A stretch of 64,000 bases of DNA from Octopus sinensis (lineage: Eukaryota): NCBI RefSeq assembly GCF_006345805.1, contig NC_042997.1, positions 44,330,001 through 44,394,000 of the forward strand. The letters are read 5' to 3'. Under the pieces are notes generated by a model, which saw only the letters and a program-made list of their open reading frames with translations, made no database searches and had not been told where the DNA came from. Shown here one piece after another: positions 1 to 11,652 of this stretch. The position numbers were made by a program, and so were the translations under genes. How positions within the stretch are numbered: the stretch's first letter is position 1; every line of letters begins with the position of its first letter.

Positions 1-394
1 TGGGTTGGCAAGCAGAGAGAGTGAAAGTTGTTTGATTTCTCATTGACATTTTATGAGTGAAGTTCTAGAGAGACGTTCCTTCAGCAAATGCTCAAAGAGA
101 GAGGGATATGCTCCTTTAGCAAAGTACCAGGGGAAAGACAAAGAATTGTGTTTGGGTTCAGTATTTATAATAGTTTCTTAACTAAATTAGGTCAGGCTAA
201 ACAAAAGACACTTTCCTCTGTTATCTGGACTGAACTGGATTCATCCTAAGGATTTCCATGGAAACAATAAGATTTCCATAAGTAGGACTGTTAAATTTCT
301 TAGTGAAAATGCTGAGAACAATGGAAAGGAGTTTACAGTAAAATCTAGACTAAGGTGTCAATTCCTGGTAAAGAACCAAGGAACCAATTCTCTT

Positions 395-399
395 CACAC

Positions 400-447
<48 letters not shown>

Positions 448-470
448 ACATGCATGAGTGTGTGTGTGTC
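395..470. repeat. (CA)/(TA)/(TG)n microsatellite
   Basis: Direct dinucleotide run. Confidence 0.95.
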
Positions 471-737
471 TAGGAGCATCACATCATCCTACAGATGGTG
501 AGTTAGCTTATAGCAACAGTTGGAAGTTTGTTTACACCAACACATGGAGCATTGATTACACCTATGTTTGGACTGCTGCTGCTACATAATGATAGGGAAT
601 TTGAATGGGTTAATGGAACCTACATAACTGGACATTTCCCAGGCTTTGGGTCTGAAATATAAAGGTTTTATAAAACTTTCCACATTGTCAGAAGTTTTTT
701 ATTCTCACTTTTTACTTTCTTCAAGATACATATATAC

Positions 738-769
<32 letters not shown>

Positions 770-774
770 GTTCC

Positions 775-966
775 CGGCATGGGAACACTATGTTTAGGAA
801 CACTGATGGGGTCGGGGGCGTGGGTATACTTCTTGCGGAGAAATGGGTAGATAAGGTAATCGAGGTAGTCAGAGTAAGTGATAGATTAGATTAGTGCTTC
901 ACCATAGGTCATCTACCATCATCTCAGCATATGCCCCTCAACCAGGGCTACCGGAAGGACAGACAG
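775..966 (+). mobile_element. RTE-clade LINE, AP-endonuclease fragment (frameshifted)
   Basis: Translates GVGILLAEKWVDKVIEVVRVSDR, then after a shift IISAYAPQPGLPEG; typical RTE endonuclease motifs. Confidence 0.85.
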
Positions 967-1170
967 CTACTTTAAGAAAACTTTTTCTCCTAGCCTTACT
1001 CTACTTGACATTTTTGATTTTTTTTAAGATACTTTATTTTTAGATGAGGTATTGTGTTTTCCATACCTGTTATGCAAACTGTCAGATTTAACCTGAACAC
1101 CCTGTAGAATCAATCATAGCTTATGATAGAGAATCACAAAATGTTCTTAAAATATAGAATTACATATAAA

Positions 1171-1385
1171 GGCAGTGAGCAGGCAGAATCATTATCACAC
1201 TGGGCAAAATGCTTAGTGGCCTTTTGTCCATCTTTATGTGCTGAGTTCAAATTCTGATGAGGTCAACTTTGCTTTTCATCCTTTCAGGGTTGATAAAATA
1301 AGTACCAGTTGAGCGCTGGGGTCAATGTAATCAACTTACCACTTCACCCAAAATTGCTAACCTTGTGCCAAAATTTGAAATCAAT
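1171..1385 (+). mobile_element. SINE family A (tRNA-like head, Meta-domain-like core), diverged
   Basis: Matches other copies in the window; B-box GAGTTCAAATT; core GCCTTTCATCCTTTCGGGGTCGATAAA-AAGTACCAG. Confidence 0.85.
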
Positions 1386-2089
1386 ATATAATCATATATA
1401 GTTGATGTATATATAACCAATTATAGTTCATGTAAGAAGAGTTTCCCCCCGTAGGTGCTCAGGTTTCCAGACTGGAGAGGATAGACCAAAGACAAGTGCA
1501 ACGATGTCTATGAAAAATAAGGACATCATATTTTTCTCATTTTGAACCTTTGAACTCACTTTTCTTTACAGACCATACATATCTATCCCCTCTTTTGTTA
1601 ATGGAGTTGGTTTTGCCATGTACTGTTCCTATGCTAATGCAAACCTTAAAAAAAAAAAAAAAAAAAAATTAAAAAAAAGGCATCAACATCACTGCAGCTA
1701 TTTTATATTTATCACTGATGCTGCTTTCTTGATTTATGAATGAAGTTAATTCGCTCCTACTTACCAATTTGTGGAATTCTTTTCCCTAAGTGACAGCAGC
1801 AAACATCATCCAAATAAAGTATTGATTTCATCTGTGAAAATAAAAACCTGACACTCACATCTTCTGTTTCAACTGACCTACATTGCAATAACTTCGTTCC
1901 TTATAAAATAAAACTGCCTTTTTATTTATTTATGTAATTACTTATTCATTTATTTCTTTACTTATTTATCTATTTTTAACTGCCAGAGGTTGAACTCATT
2001 TTACACTATATTCTCTATCAATTAACCAATTATAACTAATTTAAATTCTGGGTTAAGATTTAGGTACATATTCTACCAACACTCAAAGA

Positions 2090-2198
2090 ATAAAAGACTA
2101 AGTTGACCTTGTAGAGATTTGAACTCAGAACATCAAAATGGACAAAATATCACTAAGCATCTTACCTGTTGTGCTACCGATTCTGCCAACTTGCTGCC
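2090..2198 (-). mobile_element. SINE family A, 5' fragment
   Basis: Reverse complement of the family A head. Confidence 0.75.
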
Positions 2199-2397
2199 TT
2201 ATTATTATTGTTGTTGTTGTTGCTGTTGGTGTTATTATTACTATTATTATTATTATTATTATTATTGTTATTATTGTTATTGTTATTGTTTTGTTATTAT
2301 TATTATTATTATTTATTATATTATTATTATTATATTGTTATTGTTATTGTTTTTGTATTATTATTATTATTATTATATTATTATTATGTTATTGTTA

Positions 2398-2435
<38 letters not shown>

Positions 2436-2474
2436 GTTATTATTATTGTATTATTATTGTTATTGTTATTGTTA

Positions 2475-2522
<48 letters not shown>

Positions 2523-2605
2523 TTTATTATTATTGTTATTATTGTTATTGTTATTGTTTTGTTATTATTATTATTATTATTATTATGTTATTATTATTAT
2601 TGTTA

Positions 2606-2636
<31 letters not shown>

Positions 2637-2675
2637 GTTATTATTATTGTATTATTATTGTTATTGTTATTGTTA

Positions 2676-2768
<93 letters not shown>
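2199..2768. repeat. Compound (ATT)n/(GTT)n microsatellite, about 570 bp
   Basis: Direct; source of the poly-Y/I/L ORFs at 2119-2843. Confidence 0.97.
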
Positions 2769-2770
<2 letters not shown>

Positions 2771-3207
2771 TAGTTTTATTTTTATAGCGTGCTTTCACTT
2801 CACTACCGAGCGCAGCTCTGTGTGCCTTGGGTATGTGCTGTGATTTGTTGTGATGCTCTGATGGTTATTGTATGGAAAGTGTTCTGCGTAGGATGTGTGC
2901 AGTGCCTAGTAGTGCAATTTTCTGTATGTTATATGTGTTTGTAAGTCCTGGTGTTTTTGTTATGTATTTGTCTGAATATTTTTTTATCATGCCTAATGCA
3001 CCTACTATGATAGGAATTGTTTCTGTTTTCAGATTCCACATTCTAGTTACCTCTATTTCCAGGTCTTTGTATTTTGAGAGTTTCTCCATTTCTTTTAGAG
3101 ACACGTTGTCATCTGCCGGTATTGATACATCAATTAGAAAGCATTTTTTTCTTCATGATCTTTGACAACTATATCTGGTCTGTTGGCCTTAATTTCTCTA
3201 TCTGTGT

Positions 3208-3209
<2 letters not shown>
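2769..3209 (-). mobile_element. RLE-type non-LTR retrotransposon 3' end (R4/Dong/HERO-like), 5'-truncated
   Basis: TDREIKANRPDIVVKD..(frameshift)..CFLIDVSIPADDNVSLKEMEKLSKYKDLEIEVTRMW..PIIVGALG is a PD-(D/E)xK restriction-like endonuclease; short 3' UTR runs into (AAT)n. Confidence 0.88.
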
Positions 3210-3260
<51 letters not shown>

Positions 3261-3263
<3 letters not shown>

Positions 3264-3267
3264 AATG

Positions 3268-3304
<37 letters not shown>

Positions 3305-3518
3305 TAATGATCCTTTCTACTATAGGTACAAGGCCTGAAATTTGGCGGGGATAGGGCTAGTCCATTTCTTTGACCCCAGTGTTTCACTGGTTCTTAATTT
3401 ATTGACCTCGAAAGGATGAAAGGCAAAGTCAACTCTGGTGGAATTTGAACTCAGAATGGATGAAAAGCTGCTAAGCATTTTGCCCAGCATGCTAAATTTC
3501 TGACAGTTCACCACCACC
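3261..3518 (-). mobile_element. SINE family A, variant with CTATAGTAGAAAGGAT-(ATT)n tail
   Basis: Family A head and core on the minus strand; tail appears as (AAT)n at 3261-3310. Confidence 0.85.
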
Positions 3519-3519
<1 letters not shown>

Positions 3520-3613
<94 letters not shown>

Positions 3614-3737
3614 CCTTTCTACTATAGGCACAAGGCCTGGAATTTGTGGGAAGGGAAATAGTTGATCACATTGACCCCAGTATTTGACTGGTACTTAATT
3701 CATTGCCCCAAAAGAATGAAAGGCAAAGTCAATCTCA
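3520..3737 (-). mobile_element. SINE family A 3' half with (ATT)n tail
   Basis: Same tail variant as the copy at 3261-3518. Confidence 0.8.
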
Positions 3738-3745
3738 GGAGGATA

Positions 3746-3800
<55 letters not shown>

Positions 3801-3805
<5 letters not shown>

Positions 3806-4119
3806 GCCCTGATGCAGTACCAGGCAGTGGCTCTTGTGGCTTTTGATCTTAACCGATTGGAAGTGTTATGATGTACATTCTTTTCTCTTGGTATAAAAGA
3901 TGGGCTACAGCAAATATTCTGCTCAATACCACAGATTTGCTTGTGAGTTGTTTGACCTTAACCAGTTGAGAATGTCCCTTAGTGGCTGACGATGTGTGCA
4001 TCTCTGATCATGAGTAGAAGTAGTGGGGGAGCATTATAGCCATGTGTTGAGAAGGATTCTTTGGGGTTTGAATAATTCACCTCTGGAAACATGGGTGTTT
4101 CGTTCATCATCCTTAAACA
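3801..4119. repeat. Unclassified probable interspersed repeat starting at the end of an (AAT)n tract
   Basis: Sharp boundary with (AAT)n at 3742-3800 and with mariner sequence at about 4120; class not resolved. Confidence 0.4.
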
Positions 4120-4860
4120 ACCCTGCAGATGAAACAATCTTGGCCATCTTTGGAGCAGGTGAGGAAGGGTGTTTAAACTGCATGGATTATCTCTTTGTCT
4201 CTGGCTCAAAGTGATGAAGCCAACCCTCACCCTGGCTTTGAAAACATCCAAGGAAACCAGCAAGATCGGCATCAAACAATGTCAGATTTTTCTGTGATGT
4301 GCAATTTTTGGAATTCTTTTCCCTAAGTGACAGCGACACCCACCAAGAACCCACAAAGCAGAAACATTCATTATGCCAAGTTTGTTGCGAAGAATATTCT
4401 GAACTCTCTCATGAGATATACTAATATCATTAGCTATTTGATTTATAGTCAGACGCCTGTCATCCACCAGCATGTGGTGGACTTGATCCATGTTCTTCTT
4501 GGTGGTGGTAGATGCAGGACATCCAGCTGTTGGGTTATCTTCAAAACTTACCCTTACCCTACTAAATTTTGCTGCCCACTTTTGCACAATTGATAAAGCT
4601 GGAGCATCACCCCTAATGTAGCAACTATGTCAGCATGAATGTGGTTAAATGCTAAACTCCTTTTCTGTAAGCACTTGATAGGATCACAAGGCCAAATTTT
4701 GTCTCTTTTCAATAAAAGTTGATATTAGTTACTTGTGAAGTCTCCTTTGAACAGCCAGGTGTGATTTTACCTGGAAAGAAACAATGCATTTATTAATAAG
4801 AAGGGCTGAAATTAGTGCATGCAAGATTCCACAGCTCTAGCATCATTCTTCCATAGTTAG
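4120..4860 (-). mobile_element. mariner (DD34D-type) transposase remnant
   Basis: DKIW..IKCLQK..IHADIVATLG/QKWAAKF..EDNP..GCP..DRRLTINQIA..IS.ERVQNIL..VSALWV, then GWLHHFEPETKR*SMQFKHPSSPAPK; stops and frameshifts. Confidence 0.9.
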
Positions 4861-5619
4861 CCTATGAACTTTACAGCCTACCTTTGTACAACAAAAACAA
4901 CAAACTCATTCAGTAGCTTTTCCTCTTCCCACTTACATAATATGATAAACCACTTTTCTTGCGTATACCTACATAGTCATATACATGTGGACTAATTGCA
5001 CAGAGGCAGCATAATTTCTTGGCAGGTAAGAGCAGGTTCTGGAAGATAATCCGAGAAGAAAGGATCGTGTAAATGATGGACTGGATATCATTTACGTAAG
5101 GAACATGATGCAGTACGGAATTGATACGACCATTTGTATTGGGAACATATACATAGATACCAGGTAGAAATAAGTTGGTTATGAATGATTGGATGTGCAA
5201 CATTAACTTGAATGAAAGGCACAGCACGTTTGGGCTGAGAGAGCAGTTGTGCATTGAAGGGTTCTGCTAAAGAATGCTTATTAGTAAGAATAAACCAATC
5301 AGCAAACCATAACTGTAATCAATAAAAACAGCAAAAATTAAAAAAAAAAAGGTGTTTGTCTTGTATTCTAAAACATTGAAATACGTCATTTAGTTGTTCC
5401 CTGAACATAATTTAAAATTATGTTTTACAGTATTTAGTTTTGCTTTTCCATGTTTGAGTTCAAGCTGAACTGCTTTCAGTTCTGCTAAAAAAATTTAGTG
5501 AAGAGTAAACATGAATCTTGTGTTCTTGTTTGTGTTAAGGTGCATGTAGTGGTGTGATAAACAATGTTGAGTCAAAGTTCAACAAGTTTTTATAACAGTG
5601 TTCATACAAAAGCGAATGT

Positions 5620-6770
5620 GAATAAGGCATAGGTAGAAACTCCATAAGATTACCCGGTGTAAGCTATGGACACATACGAAGTGCAGCAATATCAAAGGAA
5701 GGCCAACAAGGAAGATAGTTTTTGTGTGTGGCAAATGCTCAGAAGCAATAAACACTGAAAATGTGCAGAAAACAGCTTCCGCCAAATGCCAGGGAGAAAA
5801 ACTAGAACTAGTTGATAGCTTCTGTTACCTAGGTGACCAAGTCAGTAGTGGGGGTGGATGCTTTGAGAGAATAGCAGCTAGAATAAGAATAGCCTGGGCA
5901 AAGTTCAGAGAGCTCCTACCTTTGCTGGTGACAAAAGGCTCAGAGTAAAATGTAGACTGCATGGTACATGTGCAAACAGCCATGCTACATGGGCTGTGAC
6001 TGTTGAGGACATGTGTAGGCTTGCAAGAAGTGAAGCTAGTATGATCCACTGGATGTGTAATGTCAGTTTGCCTACACAACAGAATGTAAGTGCCCTGAAA
6101 GAAAAGTTGGACATTAGATGCATCAGATGTTGTGTGCAAGAGAGATGATTGCACTGGTATGGTCATGTGTTGTGTATGGATGAGGACAGCTGTGTGAAAA
6201 TGTATCACACCCTAGCAGTAGAGGGAACCTGTGGAAGATGTAAACCTAGGAAGACTTGGGATGAGGTGGTGAAGCATGACCCTCGAATGTTGGGCCTCAC
6301 GGAGGCGATGACAAGTAACCAAGACCTTTGGAGATATGCTGTGCTTGAGAAGACCCGGCAAGTCAAGTGAGACCTTAACCGTGGCCTATGCCAGTGCAGC
6401 ATGACCAGCCCATTTAAGAGTACCCTTCAATCATTGGGCAATAAACTGCTGCTGTTGAGTCAAGTGAAGTCATTGTCGTGGCTGATGACAGTACTGCCTG
6501 ATTGGCACCCATGCTGGTGGCATATGAAAAGCACCATTCAAGTGTGGTCAATGCCAGTACTGCCTGACTGGCCCTCATGCTGGTAGCACGTAAAAAGCAC
6601 CCACTACACTCTTGGAGTGGTTGGCATTAGGAAGGGCATCCAGCTGTAGAAACTTTGCCAGATCAGATTGGAGCCTGGTGCAGCCTTCTAGCTTGCCAGC
6701 CCCAGTCAAACCGTCCAACCCATGCCAGAATGGAAAGTGCATGTTAAACGATGACGATGATGATGATGAT
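5620..6770 (+). mobile_element. RTE LINE 3' portion (PHD-like finger, RT C-terminus, 3' UTR, (GAT)n tail)
   Basis: CKLWTHTKC..VCGKC; DSFCYLGDQV; WAKFRELLPLL; WYGHVLCMDED; RKTWDEVVKHD; the ORF runs into the UTR repeats and GAT tail. Confidence 0.93.
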
Positions 6771-7152
6771 GTACAAACGTGGTTACATTTTATGAGATTG
6801 ATGCTGAAACAGAAGAGAGTAAGAGATGCTGCTCAATGCGGTGGCAGTAATGGCCAAAAGCGAAGCAAGCTAGCAGACAAGAGTGGCAGAAAAAGAGGCA
6901 GAGTCATTATCCCTCTCGGGTTTTTATGCCTCTCTAGTGGAAGTGTCATCGCAGTGCCACCTACTAATGACAGGGCAACACTTTCTTAACAGAAGCTGGA
7001 GCCAAAATCAGAAGGCTTGGGAGTAAACTTCTTAACCACTCAGCTATACCTATGAACAGAAAGATCGATATTGTGCACAACTATGATAAACAGTTACAAA
7101 ATTATATAAAATACTGTAAACATCATATATCTATATAAAATATAGATATATA

Positions 7153-7560
7153 GGCGCAGAAGTGGCTGTGTGGTAAGTAGCTTGCTAACCAGCCACATGG
7201 TTCCGGGTTCAGTCCCACTGTGTGGCATCTTGGGCAAGTGTCTTCTGCTATAGCCCCGGGCCGACCAATGCCTTGTGAGTGGATTTGGTAGACGGAAACT
7301 GAAAGAAGCCTGTCGTATATATGTATATATATATATGTATGTGTGTGTTTGTGTGTCTGTGTTTGTCCCCCTAGCATTGCTTGACAACCGATGCTGGTGT
7401 GTTTACGTCCCCGTTACTTAGCGGTTCGGCAAAAGAGACCGATAGAATAAGTACTGGGCTTGCAAAGAATAAGTCCTGGGGTCGATTTGCTCGACTAAAA
7501 GGCGGTGCTCCAGCATGGCCGCAGTCAAATGACTGAAACAAGTAAAAGAGTAAAAGAGAG
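7153..7560 (+). mobile_element. SINE family B (tRNA-like head, CORE-like TTGGGCAAG, internal TA/TG microsatellite, AAGAGT tail)
   Basis: A-box TGGCTGTGTGG and B-box GGTTCAGTCCC; near-identical to many copies in the window. Confidence 0.92.
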
Positions 7561-8063
7561 AGTAATTCAGACAATAACCTTCAACAGCTGATGGCTGTAG
7601 TGGCTGTACTGGCTGACCAGTTTGCTTCAGAACTCATTGTAGATGAACAAAGGAATGTTCTACCCATCCTTGCCATCTGCAGATTGAATAGCAAAATAAG
7701 CCCAGCATCACCACACACATACACCTACTTCCCCATATAACTACCATTCCATTCTCACTTTCCATCACCTTCCCCTCTTCCCCATTATATACACACAGAA
7801 ATACCAACATAATTCAACCAACTTTTGCACAGCTCAGAAGGGTTAAATATCCCTCTGGTAAACATCCATTAATGTTATATCGCCTGAAGAAATGAATCCA
7901 TGAGGATGATCTACCCAATGCCCACAGGTACTATAGAACTACACTGTAATCCTCCCAGGAATACAGACTGTGATCTTAAGAGACATGTGATCTGTGGAAA
8001 CATGTGTAGTGATGCAATAAAATATTTATAAATTCCATCCAAGGATTATTGTTATTGTTACTG

Positions 8064-9319
8064 CAGGGGTTGGACAAAATAATGGAAACACCTTAAAATT
8101 TCAAACAAATTTATATTAGCATAGGGTGTGACCACCTTTGGCAGTAATTATAGCTTGAATTCTACAAGGTATGGACTTGTACAAAGTTTGAATTGTTTCC
8201 AAAAGGAATTTTTGTCCAGTCTTCAGCTAAAACAGTCCCCAGTTCTTGTGATGGTGATGCTGGCGGATATCAACTCCTTACGTGTTTTTCTAAAATGCAC
8301 CATAAATCATCATCATCATCATCATTTAACTGTTCAATAATATTAAGATCTGAGGACTGTGGTAGTCAGTTAAGATGTTCAACCTCACTAGAATGTTCCT
8401 CATGCCATTCAGTAACAACTTTAGCTTTGCGAATTGGTGCATTATCATCCTGAAAGATTGCATTTCCTTCCAGAAACAGTTCTGCAACCGTAGGATAAAA
8501 TGCTTAAATAGTCTTGGCTATTAATGCTATGAAGGAAAAAATCCACTGGGCCAGCAAATTTCCAAGATATAGCCCCCCCCCCCAGATCATCATTGATCTG
8601 CTTCCATGTTTAACAGTTGGAAGAAGGCAGTCTGGGTCAAATGCTTCTTTTAGCTGTCTCCACATGTATTCTCAGCTGGTGGTTGGAAATAAGGTAAAGG
8701 ATGACTTGTCTGAGAAAATAACATTCTTCCACTGCTCTAGGGACCAATTCTGTAAGTTTTTACTCTACTCTAAACGCTTTGCAATGTTTGTTTTTGAAAG
8801 TAGTGGTTTTCTGATTGCAACTCTCCCATGAAATCTGGCTTTGTGAAGCTCCTGGCAAACAGTTTTTGTGAAAACTGGGTTCTCGAGGTGGTCATTAAGC
8901 TCTGCAGTAATTTTGGGAGCTGTACTTTTGTGATCCTTTCTAACAATTCGTGTAAGAGTCCGACGGTCCCCATCTGAAAGTTTTGGTTTTCTTCTGGAGT
9001 TTTGTTTCGACAAGGAGGTTCTTCCCTCTTTCTCAAAGGTTGTCATTACTTTCAAGACAGTACTTCTTGATACACCAAACATTTTGGCTGTTTTCGTTAT
9101 GCTAGCACCTGCCATACAAGCACCAAAAGTTTAACCTCTTTGAATGTCTGATAGATCTGTCATTTCTGAAAAAAAAACAGCAGTTTTAGCAAAACATATT
9201 CAGCAACACTAATAAAAATGAAAACCCCTAAAAATAAACAAGCTTTTGACGGTTTTATAGATATTTCAAAATTATGATACTATGATGCCTGGTGTTTCCA
9301 TTATTTTGTCCAACCCCTA
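8064..9319 (-). mobile_element. Full-length defective Tc1-like DNA transposon
   Basis: 28-bp TIRs CAGGGGTTGGACAAAATAATGGAAACACC (8064-8092) and its complement (9291-9318); transposase MTDLSDIQRG..GASITKTAKMFGVSRSTV..RKP.LS..DRR..RKPLLSK..WKNVIFSDKS; stops and a (CAT)n insert. Confidence 0.93.
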
Positions 9320-9715
9320 TATTTAAAATATATATATCTTTGTTAAAGATGTAGTTTGAATGGAACTCAGCTATAAATAATAGCTTATAATCCAAGGCTT
9401 TTTTGCCTAATGTATTATAAACTATTATTTATACTTGAATGTACCTGAATTCACTTTGAGATATATGATTAGGAAAAACTTACATATTTCTTGATACTTC
9501 TACATTTGTGTTCTGAATTTAAAAAGAAAATATTTTATAAACTTATTGTGGTGAGAGAGATTACATGTGGGTGTTAGGTTGCATGAGAGTGATGTAGCTT
9601 GGAAGAGTGACAGATGTATGATTGTTGAGAAGGAGAAATAATTTGGTTGTACAGAAGGGTGATCAATGTAAATGATACATACATGCATACGTACATACAT
9701 ACATACATACATACA

Positions 9716-10305
9716 TCATCATCATCATTTAACATTCAGTGAAGCATACCGGCTTCATTTCCTTCAAACATACACATGTCCACGGCTGTTACAGCCCATG
9801 TTTCACTGCCATGTAGCATAGCTGTTCACACACATGGGCAACATGCAATCTGCTTTTCACTCTTGAGAGAGAGGCCCTTTGTTGCCAGCAGAAGCAGGAG
9901 CTCTCTAAAATTTGCACAGCCTAATCTTATTCTGACAGCTATGCTCTTGGAGCATCCACCTCCACTACCAACTTGATCACCTAGGAAACAGAAGCTCTCT
10001 ACTACCTCTAGCTTACTCTCATGACAGTTGATGGAGTCTGTTTTCTGCACATTTTCAGTGTTTATTGTACCTGTGCATCTTCCACATACAAAAGCTAGTT
10101 TCCCTGTTAACCTTCCTCTTTTATTGCTGCACCTTTTATATGTCCTAAACTTACACTGGGTACATCTTACAGAGTTACTACCTACACCTTTTCTACAGAT
10201 TGAGCAGGACCATCTACCTGAAGGGACTTGCAATTTGTCTGCCTTCCTACTTACTAAGACTTTGGTTTTTGCTAGGTTAACTCTAAGGCCCTTTCATTCT
10301 AGATC
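9716..10305 (-). mobile_element. RTE LINE fragment (PHD-like region to RT C-terminus) joined to tail by a large deletion
   Basis: ORF 9826-10233 GRWSCSICRKGVGSNSVRCTQC..CGRC..ESFCFLGDQV; (CAT)n tail at 9716. Confidence 0.9.
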
Positions 10306-10529
10306 TTGCTTATATATAAGGGAAATATACTTATATATATATATATATATCAGTAACAATGAAGGGTGAAATTAATTAATTTGGAATAATTATCAATTAC
10401 ACCAAGTAGTCTTCGGCATGTAAAAGCCTCATTCGAGGAAAATTAAGAAATAGCTATAATCTCTTTGACTGCTATTTCTAAATTCGGTGTGCGGTAAGGC
10501 AATTCGTTGCTAAACCCTTAATTGCTTAG

Positions 10530-10561
<32 letters not shown>

Positions 10562-10716
10562 ACATTACCCCCTTTGATGTTTGGAAATCTCGGATGTTTT
10601 TTCGGCTGATGAGTACTAGCCATCTATATTTACTGCAATTTTTGTAGCCTTATTAAAGATGTCTTTGTACAAAACAATTGTACCGATATTTTGATCCATT
10701 CTTGTTGCTTTTTTCC

Positions 10717-10749
<33 letters not shown>

Positions 10750-11199
10750 GGGGAGGGGGCTATATGCATATATACACACTTTTTTAAAATCATAATTTAA
10801 TATAGAAAATACTTAACCATTTTTGTTCATAAGTTTAAACTTCTCTGTAGCCATTGTACTGTGTCCCTGGGCAAGGTACATAACTCTATTGGTTAACTTA
10901 GGCAGATGACTGACAAAGCAAGATAAGCCTCTACTTTACATATTACTAGTGAGTTTGCCCTAAGTCAAACCTAACCACTAGTGTAGCTAGAGTGTGTGCC
11001 ATCCAGGGCAGCCCTTCTGTTTGCTGCCCCCAGACCCCACAAAAAAAAAACACATATTGTCTAAAGCAGACCCACAAGTGCCCACCCCTTTAAAAGTGCC
11101 ACCCAGGGCAGACCACCCCTACTGTCCCCTCCTAGCTATGTTAGTGATCCTAACCAATGAGTTCTATAATCAAAGGGAATCCAGCCATAATCATCCCAT

Positions 11200-11276
11200 C
11201 CCCCTCTCTCTCTCTCTCTCTCTCTCTCTTCCTTCTCTCTCTCTCTCTCTCTCTCTTCCTTCTCTCTCTCTCTCTT

Positions 11277-11310
<34 letters not shown>

Positions 11311-11323
11311 CCTCTCTCTCTCT
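11200..11323. repeat. (CT)n microsatellite
   Basis: Direct. Confidence 0.95.
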
Positions 11324-11500
11324 GACATGGACCACATTGACCAAATGAATTCTCCTTTCTTCTTTTAAATGGTAGATAGTGATTTGAAGGATCTTAGGCT
11401 ATTATTTCTATTTCTTGAGCTTAGACTACTATTTCTCATTATTTACATTATTTACATTATTTACATTCGATGGATATTTGTCCTCATTTTGTTTGTTGTT

Positions 11501-11546
11501 AACACAACGTTTTGGCTGATATACCCTCCAGCCTTCATCAGGTGTC
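11501..11546 (-). ncRNA. Minimal type I hammerhead ribozyme motif (G12 mutated to A)
   Basis: GACAC-CTGATGA-A-GGCTG(loop)CAGCC-AAAA-CG-TT-GTGTT. Confidence 0.65.
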
Positions 11547-11593
11547 TTGGGGAAATTTCGAACCTGGGTTCTCATTCCTAAGGTATTCTTTGA

Positions 11594-11639
<46 letters not shown>

Positions 11640-11652
11640 GATATTTCCCTAA

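Noticed and set aside
2119-2843. Three 211-224-aa ORFs (poly Y/I/L)
   Set aside because: Translations of the (ATT)n microsatellite; the same applies to ORFs over the (TACA)n, (CA)n, (TG)n, (TA)n and (CT)n tracts at 11.1, 22.8, 33.7, 36.6, 39.7, 44.0 and 55.2-56.7 kb.
7565-7735. Short protein-like frame NNLQQLMAVVAVLADQFASELIVDEQRNVLPILAICR
   Set aside because: Under 60 codons, no convincing splice sites and no recognised homology.
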